Shown: positions 17,376 through 25,930 of the stretch, piece after piece
How the letters are laid out: every line of letters starts with the position of its first letter
How positions within the stretch are numbered: position 1 is the first letter of the stretch
Origin: an uncultured Alphaproteobacteria bacterium
GTDB lineage: Bacteria; Pseudomonadota; Alphaproteobacteria; Rhizobiales; Hyphomicrobiaceae
Assembly: GCA_963741565.1 (NCBI GenBank)
Contig: CAVUIK010000014.1
Coordinates: 10,550-74,549 of the forward strand
Direction: 5' to 3'
DNA: 64,000 nucleotides
Notes under the pieces: model-generated
What the model saw: only the letters and a program-made list of their open reading frames with translations
The model's database searches: none
Told to the model about the DNA's origin: nothing
Made by a program: the position numbers and the translations under genes

Positions 17376-18335
17376 ATGTCTGGCCGCGCCACGTACGCGA
17401 CCGGGCGCCGCGTCATGCGCCATATGGTCTGGGTCATTCTGGCTGCAGTCGTCCTTGTTCTTGCCGTCTCGCTTGACGCCTTCTGGACGCTGCCGAATAT
17501 TCTCAACATTCTCAATCAAACATCCATCGTTGCGTTGCTTGCGATCGGCATCACGCTGGTGTTGGTGACGGGCCATTTCGATCTATCTGTCGGGGCGATT
17601 GTGACGCTCGCGGCCGTTGTTGCGATCCAAATGCAGCCGGTCGATGCGGCAGGCACGCTCTCGGCAATTGCGGTGCCCTTGTTGCTGGGAATGATGGCTG
17701 GCGCAATCAATGGCGCGTTTGTCGGGGGTCTTGGCGCGAACTCGATCGTAACCACGGTCGGCATGCAACTCGCGCTTGGTGGCCTCACCCTGGTCCTCGT
17801 TGCCGGCCAACATGTGCGGGTCGACAATGCGTCGGCAGCCTTCGTTGCGATCGGCGGTCGCGTGCTGGGCGTTCCGGTGTCCGTGATGATACTTGTGGCG
17901 ATTGTCGCGCTCGCACATCTGCTGTTGGCTTACACGCTGCTCGGGCGGCATGTTCGGGCCATTGGCGGCAGTCCAGCAGCGGCAACGCTGGTCGGGATCC
18001 CGATCGCGCTCCGTGTGATCCAGATGTTCATGATCTCCGGCGTATTGGCGGCGCTCGCGGGCATAATCATGGCGGCGCGTGTGCGCAATCTCGATCCAAC
18101 GTCGGGGGCCGGCTTGGAGCTGGCGGCGCTCACGGCGGCGGTGCTTGGGGGCACGAGGTTGACGGGAGGGCATGGCGATGTGCTGGCCACACTGGGCGGC
18201 GCACTCATTCTCGGTGTTGTCGCCAATGCGATGCGCTTACTGGATTTCTCCTACAGTCTGCAGTTGCTGTTGCAGGGCCTGGTGTTGCTCACAGCGGTCG
18301 CCCTCGATGCGCGCTACAGGGCGACCGATCGATGA
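17376..18335 (+). CDS. sugar ABC transporter permease (RbsC/AraH type)
   Basis: The ORF is 17199..18335. ATG 17376 (MSGRATY...) precedes about 10 hydrophobic segments (NQTSIVALLAIGITLVLVTGHFDLSVGA). Confidence 0.85.
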   Translation: MSGRATYATGRRVMRHMVWVILAAVVLVLAVSLDAFWTLPNILNILNQTSIVALLAIGITLVLVTGHFDLSVGAIVTLAAVVAIQMQPVDAAGTLSAIAVPLLLGMMAGAINGAFVGGLGANSIVTTVGMQLALGGLTLVLVAGQHVRVDNASAAFVAIGGRVLGVPVSVMILVAIVALAHLLLAYTLLGRHVRAIGGSPAAATLVGIPIALRVIQMFMISGVLAALAGIIMAARVRNLDPTSGAGLELAALTAAVLGGTRLTGGHGDVLATLGGALILGVVANAMRLLDFSYSLQLLLQGLVLLTAVALDARYRATDR

Positions 18336-19315
18336 GTGATGTCTCTGTGCATCTCCGGCGCAATCGCGTGACCTTGCTGGCATTGTTGCCACTTGTCGCG
18401 TCGCTTGTCCTCGGGGCATCGTTCTGGTCCCCGGCCAACTTGCAGAGCCTGGTCGCGGCGGTCGCCGTCGAAGGCATCGCCTGTGTCGGGATGACGATCG
18501 TGATGGTGGCGGGGGGCTTCGACCTGTCGATCGGTTCGGTGATGGCGCTCGCAGGTTGCATTGTCGTTGGAGCTGAACAACTCGGACTGCCATTCGCTAT
18601 TCTGCTTTCTCTCGGTGCCGCAGCGCTGGTTGGCCTGGCGAACGGATTGTTGGTTGGCGTACTGCGGATCAATCCATTCATTGCAACACTTGCCACGATG
18701 ATCATCGTGCGCGCGCTGGTGCTGACCGCCACGGCTTCTGAGCCTGTGTCGGGAAACGAGACAGCGCTCATGGAATTTGCGCGTGGCAGCATCGCGGGCG
18801 TCCCGCAGGTTGGCTTAATTCTGCTGGGCTTGGCATCGATCGGTCATGTCTTTCTCACGCATCACGCATTTGGTCGCGATGTATTTGCTCTTGGAGGCAA
18901 TGAGGCGGCGGCGCGAGCATCCGGCATCGAGACAGTCCGCTTGAAAGTCATCTGTTACACCGCATGTGGTTTTTGCGCAGGCGTTGCCGGAGTTCTGCTG
19001 GCCGGCCGCCTCAATACTGGCTCCCCCATCATCGGCGAGCAGGCCGCACTCAACGTCATAACGGCAGTCCTGCTCGGCGGCACCAGCATGACGGGCGGCG
19101 CCGGGTCGATTTGGGGCTCGATTGCCGGATTGCTTTGTATCGGCGTACTCGAGAGCGTGATGCGCTTATTGGACATCCCGGCTTACTGGCAACGGGTCTT
19201 GCAGGGTGGACTGTTGCTGGCGATCATCGCTGCAGATAGGCTTGCTGCCAAAAGGGTGGGTCGACGGGCACGAAACGTTGCCGACGAGGCCGGAGATAAA
19301 GGGAGGGTTTCATGA
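18332..19315 (+). CDS. second sugar ABC transporter permease (RbsC/AraH type)
   Basis: 327 aa. ATGA overlap with the upstream permease (18332-18335). It is a paralogue of the preceding gene. Confidence 0.85.
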   Translation: MSDVSVHLRRNRVTLLALLPLVASLVLGASFWSPANLQSLVAAVAVEGIACVGMTIVMVAGGFDLSIGSVMALAGCIVVGAEQLGLPFAILLSLGAAALVGLANGLLVGVLRINPFIATLATMIIVRALVLTATASEPVSGNETALMEFARGSIAGVPQVGLILLGLASIGHVFLTHHAFGRDVFALGGNEAAARASGIETVRLKVICYTACGFCAGVAGVLLAGRLNTGSPIIGEQAALNVITAVLLGGTSMTGGAGSIWGSIAGLLCIGVLESVMRLLDIPAYWQRVLQGGLLLAIIAADRLAAKRVGRRARNVADEAGDKGRVS

Positions 19316-20274
19316 CCGTCATCGATCGGCGCGTTGCACTCGGCACCGGCCTATTTGCGGTCGTGTCGTATTGCTCTGGAGCAGGCCTAGTGGCCGCCCA
19401 AAGCAAGGTCACGATTGGCCTATCACAGCCCAATCTTGGCTGGCCCTATATTGCGGCCTACACTAAGGCATTCCAGGCCGCCGTAGCACAGAACCCGAAC
19501 GTCGCAGTTGTCATCACCAGCGCCGACAGCGACATCGCCAAGCAGTCCCGCGACATGGAAAGCCTCGTCGCGCGCAAAGTCGATATTATTCTGGTCTGCT
19601 CGCTTGACGGCAACGCCATAGTTCCATCGATCAAGGCGGCGCGCGATGGGAAGATTCCGGTTCTCGCCGTATCGAACGAGCCGGCGGCTGCGGGACAGGC
19701 GCTGATCTCCGGCTATTCCGGCCCGGACGACCATCTGCAGGGGGTACTCGCGGCCGAACTCATGCACGACGCACTCGGCGGCAAAGGCAACATCGTGATG
19801 ATCGAGGGTACCCCCGGGCAGAGCACGACGCTTGCGCGGCGCAAGGGCTTCGAGGAGCGCCTGAAGGCTCTCAACTCCGGCATCAAGATTATCGCGCGCC
19901 AGTCTGCCAGCTGGGATCCCTTGAAGGCTAAGGCGATCATGGAGGATTTTCTGACGACGCATGGCGAGCGGATCAACGGTCTGTTCAGCCAGGATGACAA
20001 TACCGCGGCGTCGGCTGCGGAGGTGGCGAAGGCGGCAGGCAAGTTGCAGAATATCAAGATCGTCGGCGTCGGCGGCAGCAAGAATGGCGTTGCCGCGATC
20101 AAGAGCGGGCTGTTGCATGCGACGGTCGATCAGTCGCCGACTGCGGATGCCACGCAAGGCCTGCGGTTGGCGCTCGAAATCGTGGGTGGGAAAGCACCGG
20201 CCCAGAAGCGTAACATCATTCCGATGCCAAAGATCACGGCTGCCAACGTCGCGCAGTTCCAAGGTGAATGGTGA
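19312..20274 (+). CDS. periplasmic sugar-binding protein (type I PBP, RbsB-like)
   Basis: 320 aa. ATGA overlap at 19312-19315. N-terminal signal peptide, followed by a VTIGLSQPNLGWPY...PBP fold. Confidence 0.85.
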   Translation: MTVIDRRVALGTGLFAVVSYCSGAGLVAAQSKVTIGLSQPNLGWPYIAAYTKAFQAAVAQNPNVAVVITSADSDIAKQSRDMESLVARKVDIILVCSLDGNAIVPSIKAARDGKIPVLAVSNEPAAAGQALISGYSGPDDHLQGVLAAELMHDALGGKGNIVMIEGTPGQSTTLARRKGFEERLKALNSGIKIIARQSASWDPLKAKAIMEDFLTTHGERINGLFSQDDNTAASAAEVAKAAGKLQNIKIVGVGGSKNGVAAIKSGLLHATVDQSPTADATQGLRLALEIVGGKAPAQKRNIIPMPKITAANVAQFQGEW

Positions 20275-20275
20275 C

Positions 20276-21463
20276 GTGAGCGCAACCTGGCATACTGGCG
20301 ATCTGGGCGGCCGCGATCCCGCCTTCGCGCTCGGGATGAAGATCTACGACAATGACTGGTATTTGCGTTTCGGCCTCGACTATGCCGACGCGGCCAATCT
20401 CCTGGCCGACTGGGGCGTGACGTTCGTGCTTTCGCAGAGCCGCTTCCTGCCGATGCCGAACACCGCCGTTGCAAGCGCGGTCGCGCCCGAGCATGCAGCG
20501 CGCTACGCAAGCTATGACGATCACCGCTTTCGGGAGGCTTTGGCTCGGCGCGGCATCAAATATGTTGCAAGCTGCTTGATGATGTTCGATCCCGAAGCGC
20601 TGGCCGCCAATCCTGAGTGGAACGCGGTCGATGCTGATGGCCGGATCCAGGACAAGATCGACTGGTACATTGGCATTCCTCCGATCCACGCACGCTACGT
20701 CGCCAGCAAGATCGCACAGATAGAAAAGGCGGTGCGCGCGCTGGAACCTGACGGCATTCATCTGGGCTTCATGCGTTGGCCCGGCTTCTGGGAGCTGTGG
20801 ATGCCACATCATGGACGGCACGATTTTCCCGAGTATAGTTTTGATCGAGAAACGCTTCAGGCGTTCGAGCGTGCAACCGGCGTTACATTGCCGTCTCATA
20901 TGCCGGCGACTGCGGCTGCCTGGATCAAGGCCCATGCTCACGTGGCCTGGATTGACTGGAAATGCAGCGTGACCGTCGACGTCGTGCGCCGTGTGCGTGA
21001 TGCTGCTCGCGCCATAAAGTCTGATGTCCAGATGGTTCTAAATACCCTGCCATTTGGGCAGTCCGACTACGACAATGCCGCCACAACTGTGTTCGGGCAG
21101 AACTTCGAAGCTCTTCGCGACGTGATCGATGTCTACGAGGTGATGACCTACCACCAGATCTTGAAGCGCCCTGTCGAATGGCCTGCGGCCATCGGAACCG
21201 AGGTTAAAAGACGTACGGGCCGGACAACCGTGTGTACATTGCAGGCAGCTCCGCTCTATCTCGATGGGATGCATGCCCGCGAAGGTCGCGCGGCCGCGCT
21301 CGACGCCAGCGAAATGGGGGCGATGAGTGGCCATGTGGCTCGATCGCCTGTGGATGGGCAGGTCTTTTTCCTCTGGAGCGATTTCCTGCGCCAGACCGTC
21401 GAGCAGAACGACTGGTCGCGCGTCGACGTTATCCGAAGGCTCGCCCGCGCGAGACGCGCATGA
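20276..21463 (+). CDS. hypothetical protein, possibly a GHL10/DUF187-like TIM-barrel hydrolase
   Basis: ORF 19961..21463 overlaps the SBP gene. Plausible starts are GTG 20276 (2 nt after the SBP stop) or ATG 20336. The motif GIHLGFMRWPGFWE is reminiscent of glycosyl-hydrolase-like 10 proteins. The function call is weak. Confidence 0.5.
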   Translation: MSATWHTGDLGGRDPAFALGMKIYDNDWYLRFGLDYADAANLLADWGVTFVLSQSRFLPMPNTAVASAVAPEHAARYASYDDHRFREALARRGIKYVASCLMMFDPEALAANPEWNAVDADGRIQDKIDWYIGIPPIHARYVASKIAQIEKAVRALEPDGIHLGFMRWPGFWELWMPHHGRHDFPEYSFDRETLQAFERATGVTLPSHMPATAAAWIKAHAHVAWIDWKCSVTVDVVRRVRDAARAIKSDVQMVLNTLPFGQSDYDNAATTVFGQNFEALRDVIDVYEVMTYHQILKRPVEWPAAIGTEVKRRTGRTTVCTLQAAPLYLDGMHAREGRAAALDASEMGAMSGHVARSPVDGQVFFLWSDFLRQTVEQNDWSRVDVIRRLARARRA

Positions 21464-22359
21464 GCCCGAAGCGAACAGCTATCGGCATCGATCTTGGCGG
21501 CACGAATCTCCGCGTTGCCTTGATCGATAGCGAGGGACGGCGCCTCGCCGAGTATTTCGCGGCAACGCCTTCAGGCGTGGCGGCGGAAGCGCTGCTGGGC
21601 CGTATCGCCGGCGTTGTGCAGAGAGTGCGGGGCGACGAGCAACCGATCGGTGTGGGCATCGGCGTGCCCGGGGCGCTCGACGCCGAGGATCGTTTGATTC
21701 CGGGCATGTCGAATATTTCCGAGCTTGCTGGCGTGCCGATCGGCGCACTTCTCGGCGCCGCGCTGGGGATGCCCATCCGGATCGAGAACGATGCTCGCGT
21801 CGCCATGCTTGGCGAAGCGCGTTTCGGCGCCGCGAGAGGCGCTCGCAACGTCCTGATGCTGACACTTGGAACAGGAATTGGCGGCGGTCTCCTTCTCGAC
21901 GGTTGCGTGAGGGCGGGCCCGCGCCGCATGGCCGGCGAGATCGGCCTGTCGCTGGTTCCAACAGCAACCGGGAACGGTTGGCAATCGCTGGAGGATGCAG
22001 CCTCTCCTGGTGGACTACGGCGGACTGAGGGCTTAGATCTTGCTGCGATCGCGCATGCAGCGGCCAGCGGCGCGGCGAACCCGAAAGCGAGGCTCGCGAA
22101 GATCGCCGAACTGCTGGGCGTGTCGATCAGCAATGCGCACGCTATACTCGATCTCGAGATGGTTCTGTTGTCTGGCGGATTGACGCGTGCAGGTACTGAG
22201 TTCCTGGCCGCAGTGCAAGACGCAGTGCGGCGCCTCTGCCCACCGCTGCTAGAGCGCCAGTTGACCATTGCGTATGCTGAGCTAGGCGAATGGGCCGGAG
22301 CCGTGGGTGCCGGCGCCTTGTGGTTGGCCCCGGATCATCGTCGGACGGAGCTGCTGTGA
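21460..22359 (+). CDS. ROK-family sugar kinase lacking the usual Cys zinc motif
   Basis: ATG 21460 forms an ATGA overlap with the upstream stop. The sequence reads MSPKRTAIGIDLGGTNLRVAL...LTLGTGIGGG...AGEIG. The segment after GEIG contains no Cys, whereas canonical ROK proteins have CxCGxxGC. Confidence 0.75.
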   Translation: MSPKRTAIGIDLGGTNLRVALIDSEGRRLAEYFAATPSGVAAEALLGRIAGVVQRVRGDEQPIGVGIGVPGALDAEDRLIPGMSNISELAGVPIGALLGAALGMPIRIENDARVAMLGEARFGAARGARNVLMLTLGTGIGGGLLLDGCVRAGPRRMAGEIGLSLVPTATGNGWQSLEDAASPGGLRRTEGLDLAAIAHAAASGAANPKARLAKIAELLGVSISNAHAILDLEMVLLSGGLTRAGTEFLAAVQDAVRRLCPPLLERQLTIAYAELGEWAGAVGAGALWLAPDHRRTELL

Positions 22360-23102
22360 AACTGCTGATTGCGGATGATTACGACGAACTGAGTACCAAG
22401 GCATTTGCGCTCGCCGAGGAGCTGCTGGCTGGCAAAGGCGTCCCTTGCGTCGTGCTCCCGACAGGCAATACGCCGCTCGGGTTCTTCGCGGCCTGCGTCG
22501 CGGCGGGCCGTAACAGCCGCATCAGCAAGGGGCGCTTCATCCAACTGGACGAGTATCTTGATATCGCGGCAGACGATCCGCGCTCGCTCAGTGGCTGGCT
22601 CGATCGCATCCTTCTCAAGCCCCTCGGCATTGGCCGCGAGCGTTTGCTTGCATTTGACCCGTCCGCCACGACTCCCATCGCGGAGGCGGCCCGGATGGAG
22701 CGAATGGCACGAGCGTACCAGATCGATCTCGCATTGCTGGGCCTCGGCCCCAATGGACACCTAGGGTTTAACGAGCCCGGTAGCCCGTTTGATAGTGAGA
22801 CGCGACAGGTGTCGCTGACGCCTGCGTCGATCACAAGCAATGCTGTGTACTGGGGAGGCGAGGAACGCGTTCCCCATCGCGCCTTCACGCTTGGCCTCGG
22901 CACGATTGCCACCGCGCGGCATTCGATCTTGCTTGTCTCAGGATGTCACAAGGCCGGGATCTTGCGCCGCGTGCTCGAAGAGACACCCTCGACCGATGTG
23001 CCAGCGACTTGCCTGCGGTTGATCGACGGAACGACGGTCGTCGCCGACAGGGCTGCCCTGTCTGAACTTTCACCGGCGACCATTGCGGCATTGAATCGAT
23101 AG
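22356..23102 (+). CDS. glucosamine-6-phosphate deaminase / 6-phosphogluconolactonase-family protein (NagB-like)
   Basis: GTG 22356 forms a GTGA overlap with the ROK stop. The sequence reads VKLLIADDYDELS...VLPTGNTPLGFF...LLGLGPNGHLGFNEPGS. Confidence 0.75.
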   Translation: MKLLIADDYDELSTKAFALAEELLAGKGVPCVVLPTGNTPLGFFAACVAAGRNSRISKGRFIQLDEYLDIAADDPRSLSGWLDRILLKPLGIGRERLLAFDPSATTPIAEAARMERMARAYQIDLALLGLGPNGHLGFNEPGSPFDSETRQVSLTPASITSNAVYWGGEERVPHRAFTLGLGTIATARHSILLVSGCHKAGILRRVLEETPSTDVPATCLRLIDGTTVVADRAALSELSPATIAALNR

Positions 23103-23131
23103 CCATCGATCATCTGCACCGGTCGATCCGG

Positions 23132-23566
23132 GTGACCGACGCCGACGATACCCGACAGGACTTAAGGAACATTTGTCAGGCGCTTCTGCGGAGAGTTCAT
23201 CCGGCATTGACGGGTGTAGGAGGTAGAGTGAAAGCGCGCCAGAAAAGTACTCTCGCAACGCGGGACTTGGTTCATCTGAGTGAGATTGGGGATCAGGGTT
23301 CGCTCGTCAAAATCGTCGTTTATCGGCCTAAGCTGGTCAACAGGGATTGGGACGTAGATTACGAGATCATCGGCCTTCCTAAGATCGGGCCCCTGTTTCA
23401 GCATCGCGCGATACAAGTTGATTCGGTTGGCGCGGTGGCGCAGGCAATCGAATTGATTGCTGTGAAATTACTGAGCACTGCAGCGTACAAAGCGGACCGT
23501 CTGTACTGGCTGGCACCCGGAGACAAGTGCGGGTTGACAATGCCGATTTTGGCTACTTACTGTTAG
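23132..23566 (+). CDS. orphan hypothetical protein in a low-GC patch (possible immunity-type protein)
   Basis: 144-aa ORF. The region is visibly less GC-rich than its surroundings. I recognise no family. It lies immediately upstream of an RHS scar. The start is uncertain. Confidence 0.4.
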   Translation: MTDADDTRQDLRNICQALLRRVHPALTGVGGRVKARQKSTLATRDLVHLSEIGDQGSLVKIVVYRPKLVNRDWDVDYEIIGLPKIGPLFQHRAIQVDSVGAVAQAIELIAVKLLSTAAYKADRLYWLAPGDKCGLTMPILATYC

Positions 23567-24139
23567 GCGATAAACGACGACGTCTACGGCTATCCTGTGG
23601 GCTCGAACCGGCTCGCCAACGTCACGCGCGGGGTGCAAACCGTCCGCGCCTCCACTTGCGATGGCGCTGGCGATATCCTGACTGACAACCGGCCGGGCGC
23701 GACCACCACCTACACCTACAACAAGCGCAACCGGCTCACGTCGGCGACCTTGGGGGCGCTGCTGTGGAGCGGCGCCTACAATCTTGCTTGCCCGCCTCCG
23801 GCAGGACGGCCAGGAGCAGCTCGCCGTTCGCCCGCTGACCACCGGCTGCACGGGCTCGTCAGTGGCGCGCCTCCGGCGCGACGGCCACTTCAGCCGAAGG
23901 CGAGCAAGCACGAACGTGATCGCCGAGACCAAGGGCGGCGGTGAGACGGGAGAGACGAGCACGCCTTCGGCATGACGCGAGTACATCTGGCTGTGCAACG
24001 CCTGTACGCGATCAAAATGGCGCCGGAAACCGTGACGCAGTACGATTATATGGCCGCCATCACCAAATCCCGGTCCAATACAAGCTCAATGAGCAGCCTT
24101 GCATACCCGGCCACCCTTCCCGTATTCTATGGGCCGGAT
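23567..24139 (+). pseudogene. RHS/YD-repeat core fragment, frameshifted and carrying an in-frame TGA
   Basis: The first frame reads DDVYGYPVGSNRLANVTRG...TYTYNKRNRLTSATLG. The next frame reads ...RDGHF...NVIAETKGGG...TSTPSA-TGA(23973-23975)-REYIWL. A third frame runs into the tRNA. There is no start codon. Confidence 0.6.
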
Positions 24140-24214
24140 GCGGGTGTAGTTCAGTGGTAGAACGTCAGCTTCCCAAGCTGAATGTCGTCGGTTCAATCCC
24201 GATCGCCCGCTCCA
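24140..24214 (+). tRNA. tRNA-Gly (anticodon CCC)
   Basis: Hand-folded cloverleaf: acceptor GCGGGTG/CGCCCGC, D arm GTTC-AGTGGTA-GAAC, anticodon arm TCAGC-TTCCCAA-GCTGA (CCC at 24172-24174), T arm GTCGG-TTCAATC-CCGAT, discriminator T, encoded CCA. Confidence 0.9.
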
Positions 24215-24228
24215 ATAAAATCAATAAC

Positions 24229-24726
24229 TTAGCCAAGTTTGCCACAATCTAGTGAACAGGGGTAGTGACGGATTAGTGACCGAATTGGCAGGGCCAGTCG
24301 GTTGCCCCTGGGGGGGTGTGGTGGAAGCCACGACCTTCCCGTACTGGGTCGTTTTCCCTCATCAGGTGGCAGCCCGACCATCGTGCTGATAGTTTCATCG
24401 GCGAGCATCGCCTTGACGGCTTGGTGGAGCGGCATGAGGTGGACGGTCACGACGTCCCAGACCACAGCGGGATCAATCCGGTGGTACTCGTGACGTAGGT
24501 GGTTCCCGATGGCGACAATGTTGGGCCACGGAATCGTCGGGTGCTGGTTGCGTAGCTCCAGCGGGATATGACGGACGGCCTCGGCGATGATGAGAATGGC
24601 GAATTGGAGCGCGTAGCGGAGCGCACGATCGTTCATAAAATGCTTGAAGGTTCGACCCCGTAAAAGGTCGAGGGCGAGGGTGATGTTCTCGTCAATGTCA
24701 TAGAGGCGAGGGCGGGTAATACCCAA
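24229..24726 (-). CDS. HepT-like HEPN toxin (DUF86) with no adjacent MNT antitoxin gene
   Basis: The C-terminal part of ORF 24229..24927 carries the HEPN Rx4HxY motif (IGNHLRHEYHRID). The likely start is TTG 24726, 10 nt after GGAG. An unusual ~50-aa tail follows the domain. Confidence 0.6.
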   Translation of the reverse strand: MGITRPRLYDIDENITLALDLLRGRTFKHFMNDRALRYALQFAILIIAEAVRHIPLELRNQHPTIPWPNIVAIGNHLRHEYHRIDPAVVWDVVTVHLMPLHQAVKAMLADETISTMVGLPPDEGKRPSTGRSWLPPHPPRGNRLALPIRSLIRHYPCSLDCGKLG

Positions 24727-24744
24727 CCCTGTGTAACTCCTAAC

Positions 24745-25930
24745 TCGGTCTGTTGTGCTGCCGGTTCCGTCATGATTCCGTTCGCCGTGACGGGATTGAT
24801 TCGGGGGACGGGGATGCAGGGGCAGGCGGTCGAGATCTCGAGGCGGATGACGGCGGATGAGCTGCGGACTGCGGCGCGCGCGTCCCAGTGCGGCCGGGCG
24901 GCTGCCCGCATGCAGGCCATCGCCCATGCACTCGAAGGCATGCGACGCTGCGAAGCGGCACGGCTCGCAGGCTTCGAGCGGCAGGCGTTGCGCGATGCCA
25001 TTCTCGCCTATAACGCCGACGGTCTCGAAGGCCTTTACGACGCGCCGCGCCCGGGCCGGCCCTGCAAGCTCGACGAGGGCCAGCGCCGCGAACTGGTCGA
25101 GGTCATCTGCGCGGGGCCCGATATCGAGGCGGAGGGGGTCTCAGCGTACACGCTCGAAGACATCGCCGAGATCGTGCGCGATCGGTTCGGTGTCTCGTAT
25201 CATCCCGAGGCCATGTTGAAGCTGATCAAGCGCGAACGGATGTCGCGGCAGAAATGCCGACCGTTGCATCCGAAAACAGACTTGGCCTCGCAAGAGGTCT
25301 TCAAAAAACGCTCCAGGAATTCTGCAAAAAATTGCAGATACACATGAAGCTAAACGCCTGACGGTCTGGTTCCAGGACGAGGCCCGGATCGGACAGAAGG
25401 GCCGCGTGCGTCATCGCTGGTATCGGCGCGGCGAGCGGCCGCCGGGCTTGGCCGACAACCGCTTCACGTTCGCCTACATCTACGGCGCAGTGCGAGCGGG
25501 AACCGACGATGCTTTCGCGCTCGTCATGCCGGAAGTCTCGACCGCCACGATTCAAATCTTCCTCGACCAGTTCGCCGAGACGTTGGCCCCAGACGAGCAC
25601 GCCGCCATGATCCTGGATCAGGCGGGATGGCATGGCGCCAAGGCGCTCGTGGTGCCGCCCAACGTAACCTTGGTACCGCTGCCACCCTATGCGCCGCAGC
25701 TGAACCCGGTCGAGCGGGTCTGGCTCTACCTCAAGGACAAGTATCTCTCGCTGCGTCTCCACAACGACGACGACGCAATCGCCGACGCCGCCTGCGCCGC
25801 CTGGAACAAGCTCACCGCCGAAGATGGCCGCCTCGCATCACTCAGCGGTTACCCATGGATCGAGAAGATCAAAACTTAGGTGGGTCTGGTATGAGGGGGG
25901 CAACTCGATATTTAAGGTCGTCCAATTTGA
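24745..25930 (+). mobile_element. IS630-family insertion sequence (ends not resolved)
   Basis: Contains the two-frame transposase below. It is flanked by the HepT start on the left and a headless autotransporter fragment on the right. I could not define convincing terminal inverted repeats by eye. Confidence 0.6.
24772..25879 (+). CDS. IS630-family transposase encoded in two frames (orfA 24772..25347; orfB frame open from 25301 to 25879)
   Basis: orfA carries the HTH part (...LAYNADGLEGLYDAPRPGRP...). orfB reads ...LTVWFQDEARIGQKGRVRHRWYRRGERP...LDQAGWH...LPPYAPQLNPVERVW (DDE domain). orfB is +1 relative to orfA. An A6 run at 25303-25308 lies in the overlap. Confidence 0.8.

Noticed and set aside
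19961-20275. N-terminal 105 codons of ORF 19961..21463.
   Set aside because: The stretch overlaps the 3' end of the binding-protein gene in another frame and is Arg/Ser-rich junk. A start at GTG 20276 or ATG 20336 fits the operon spacing.
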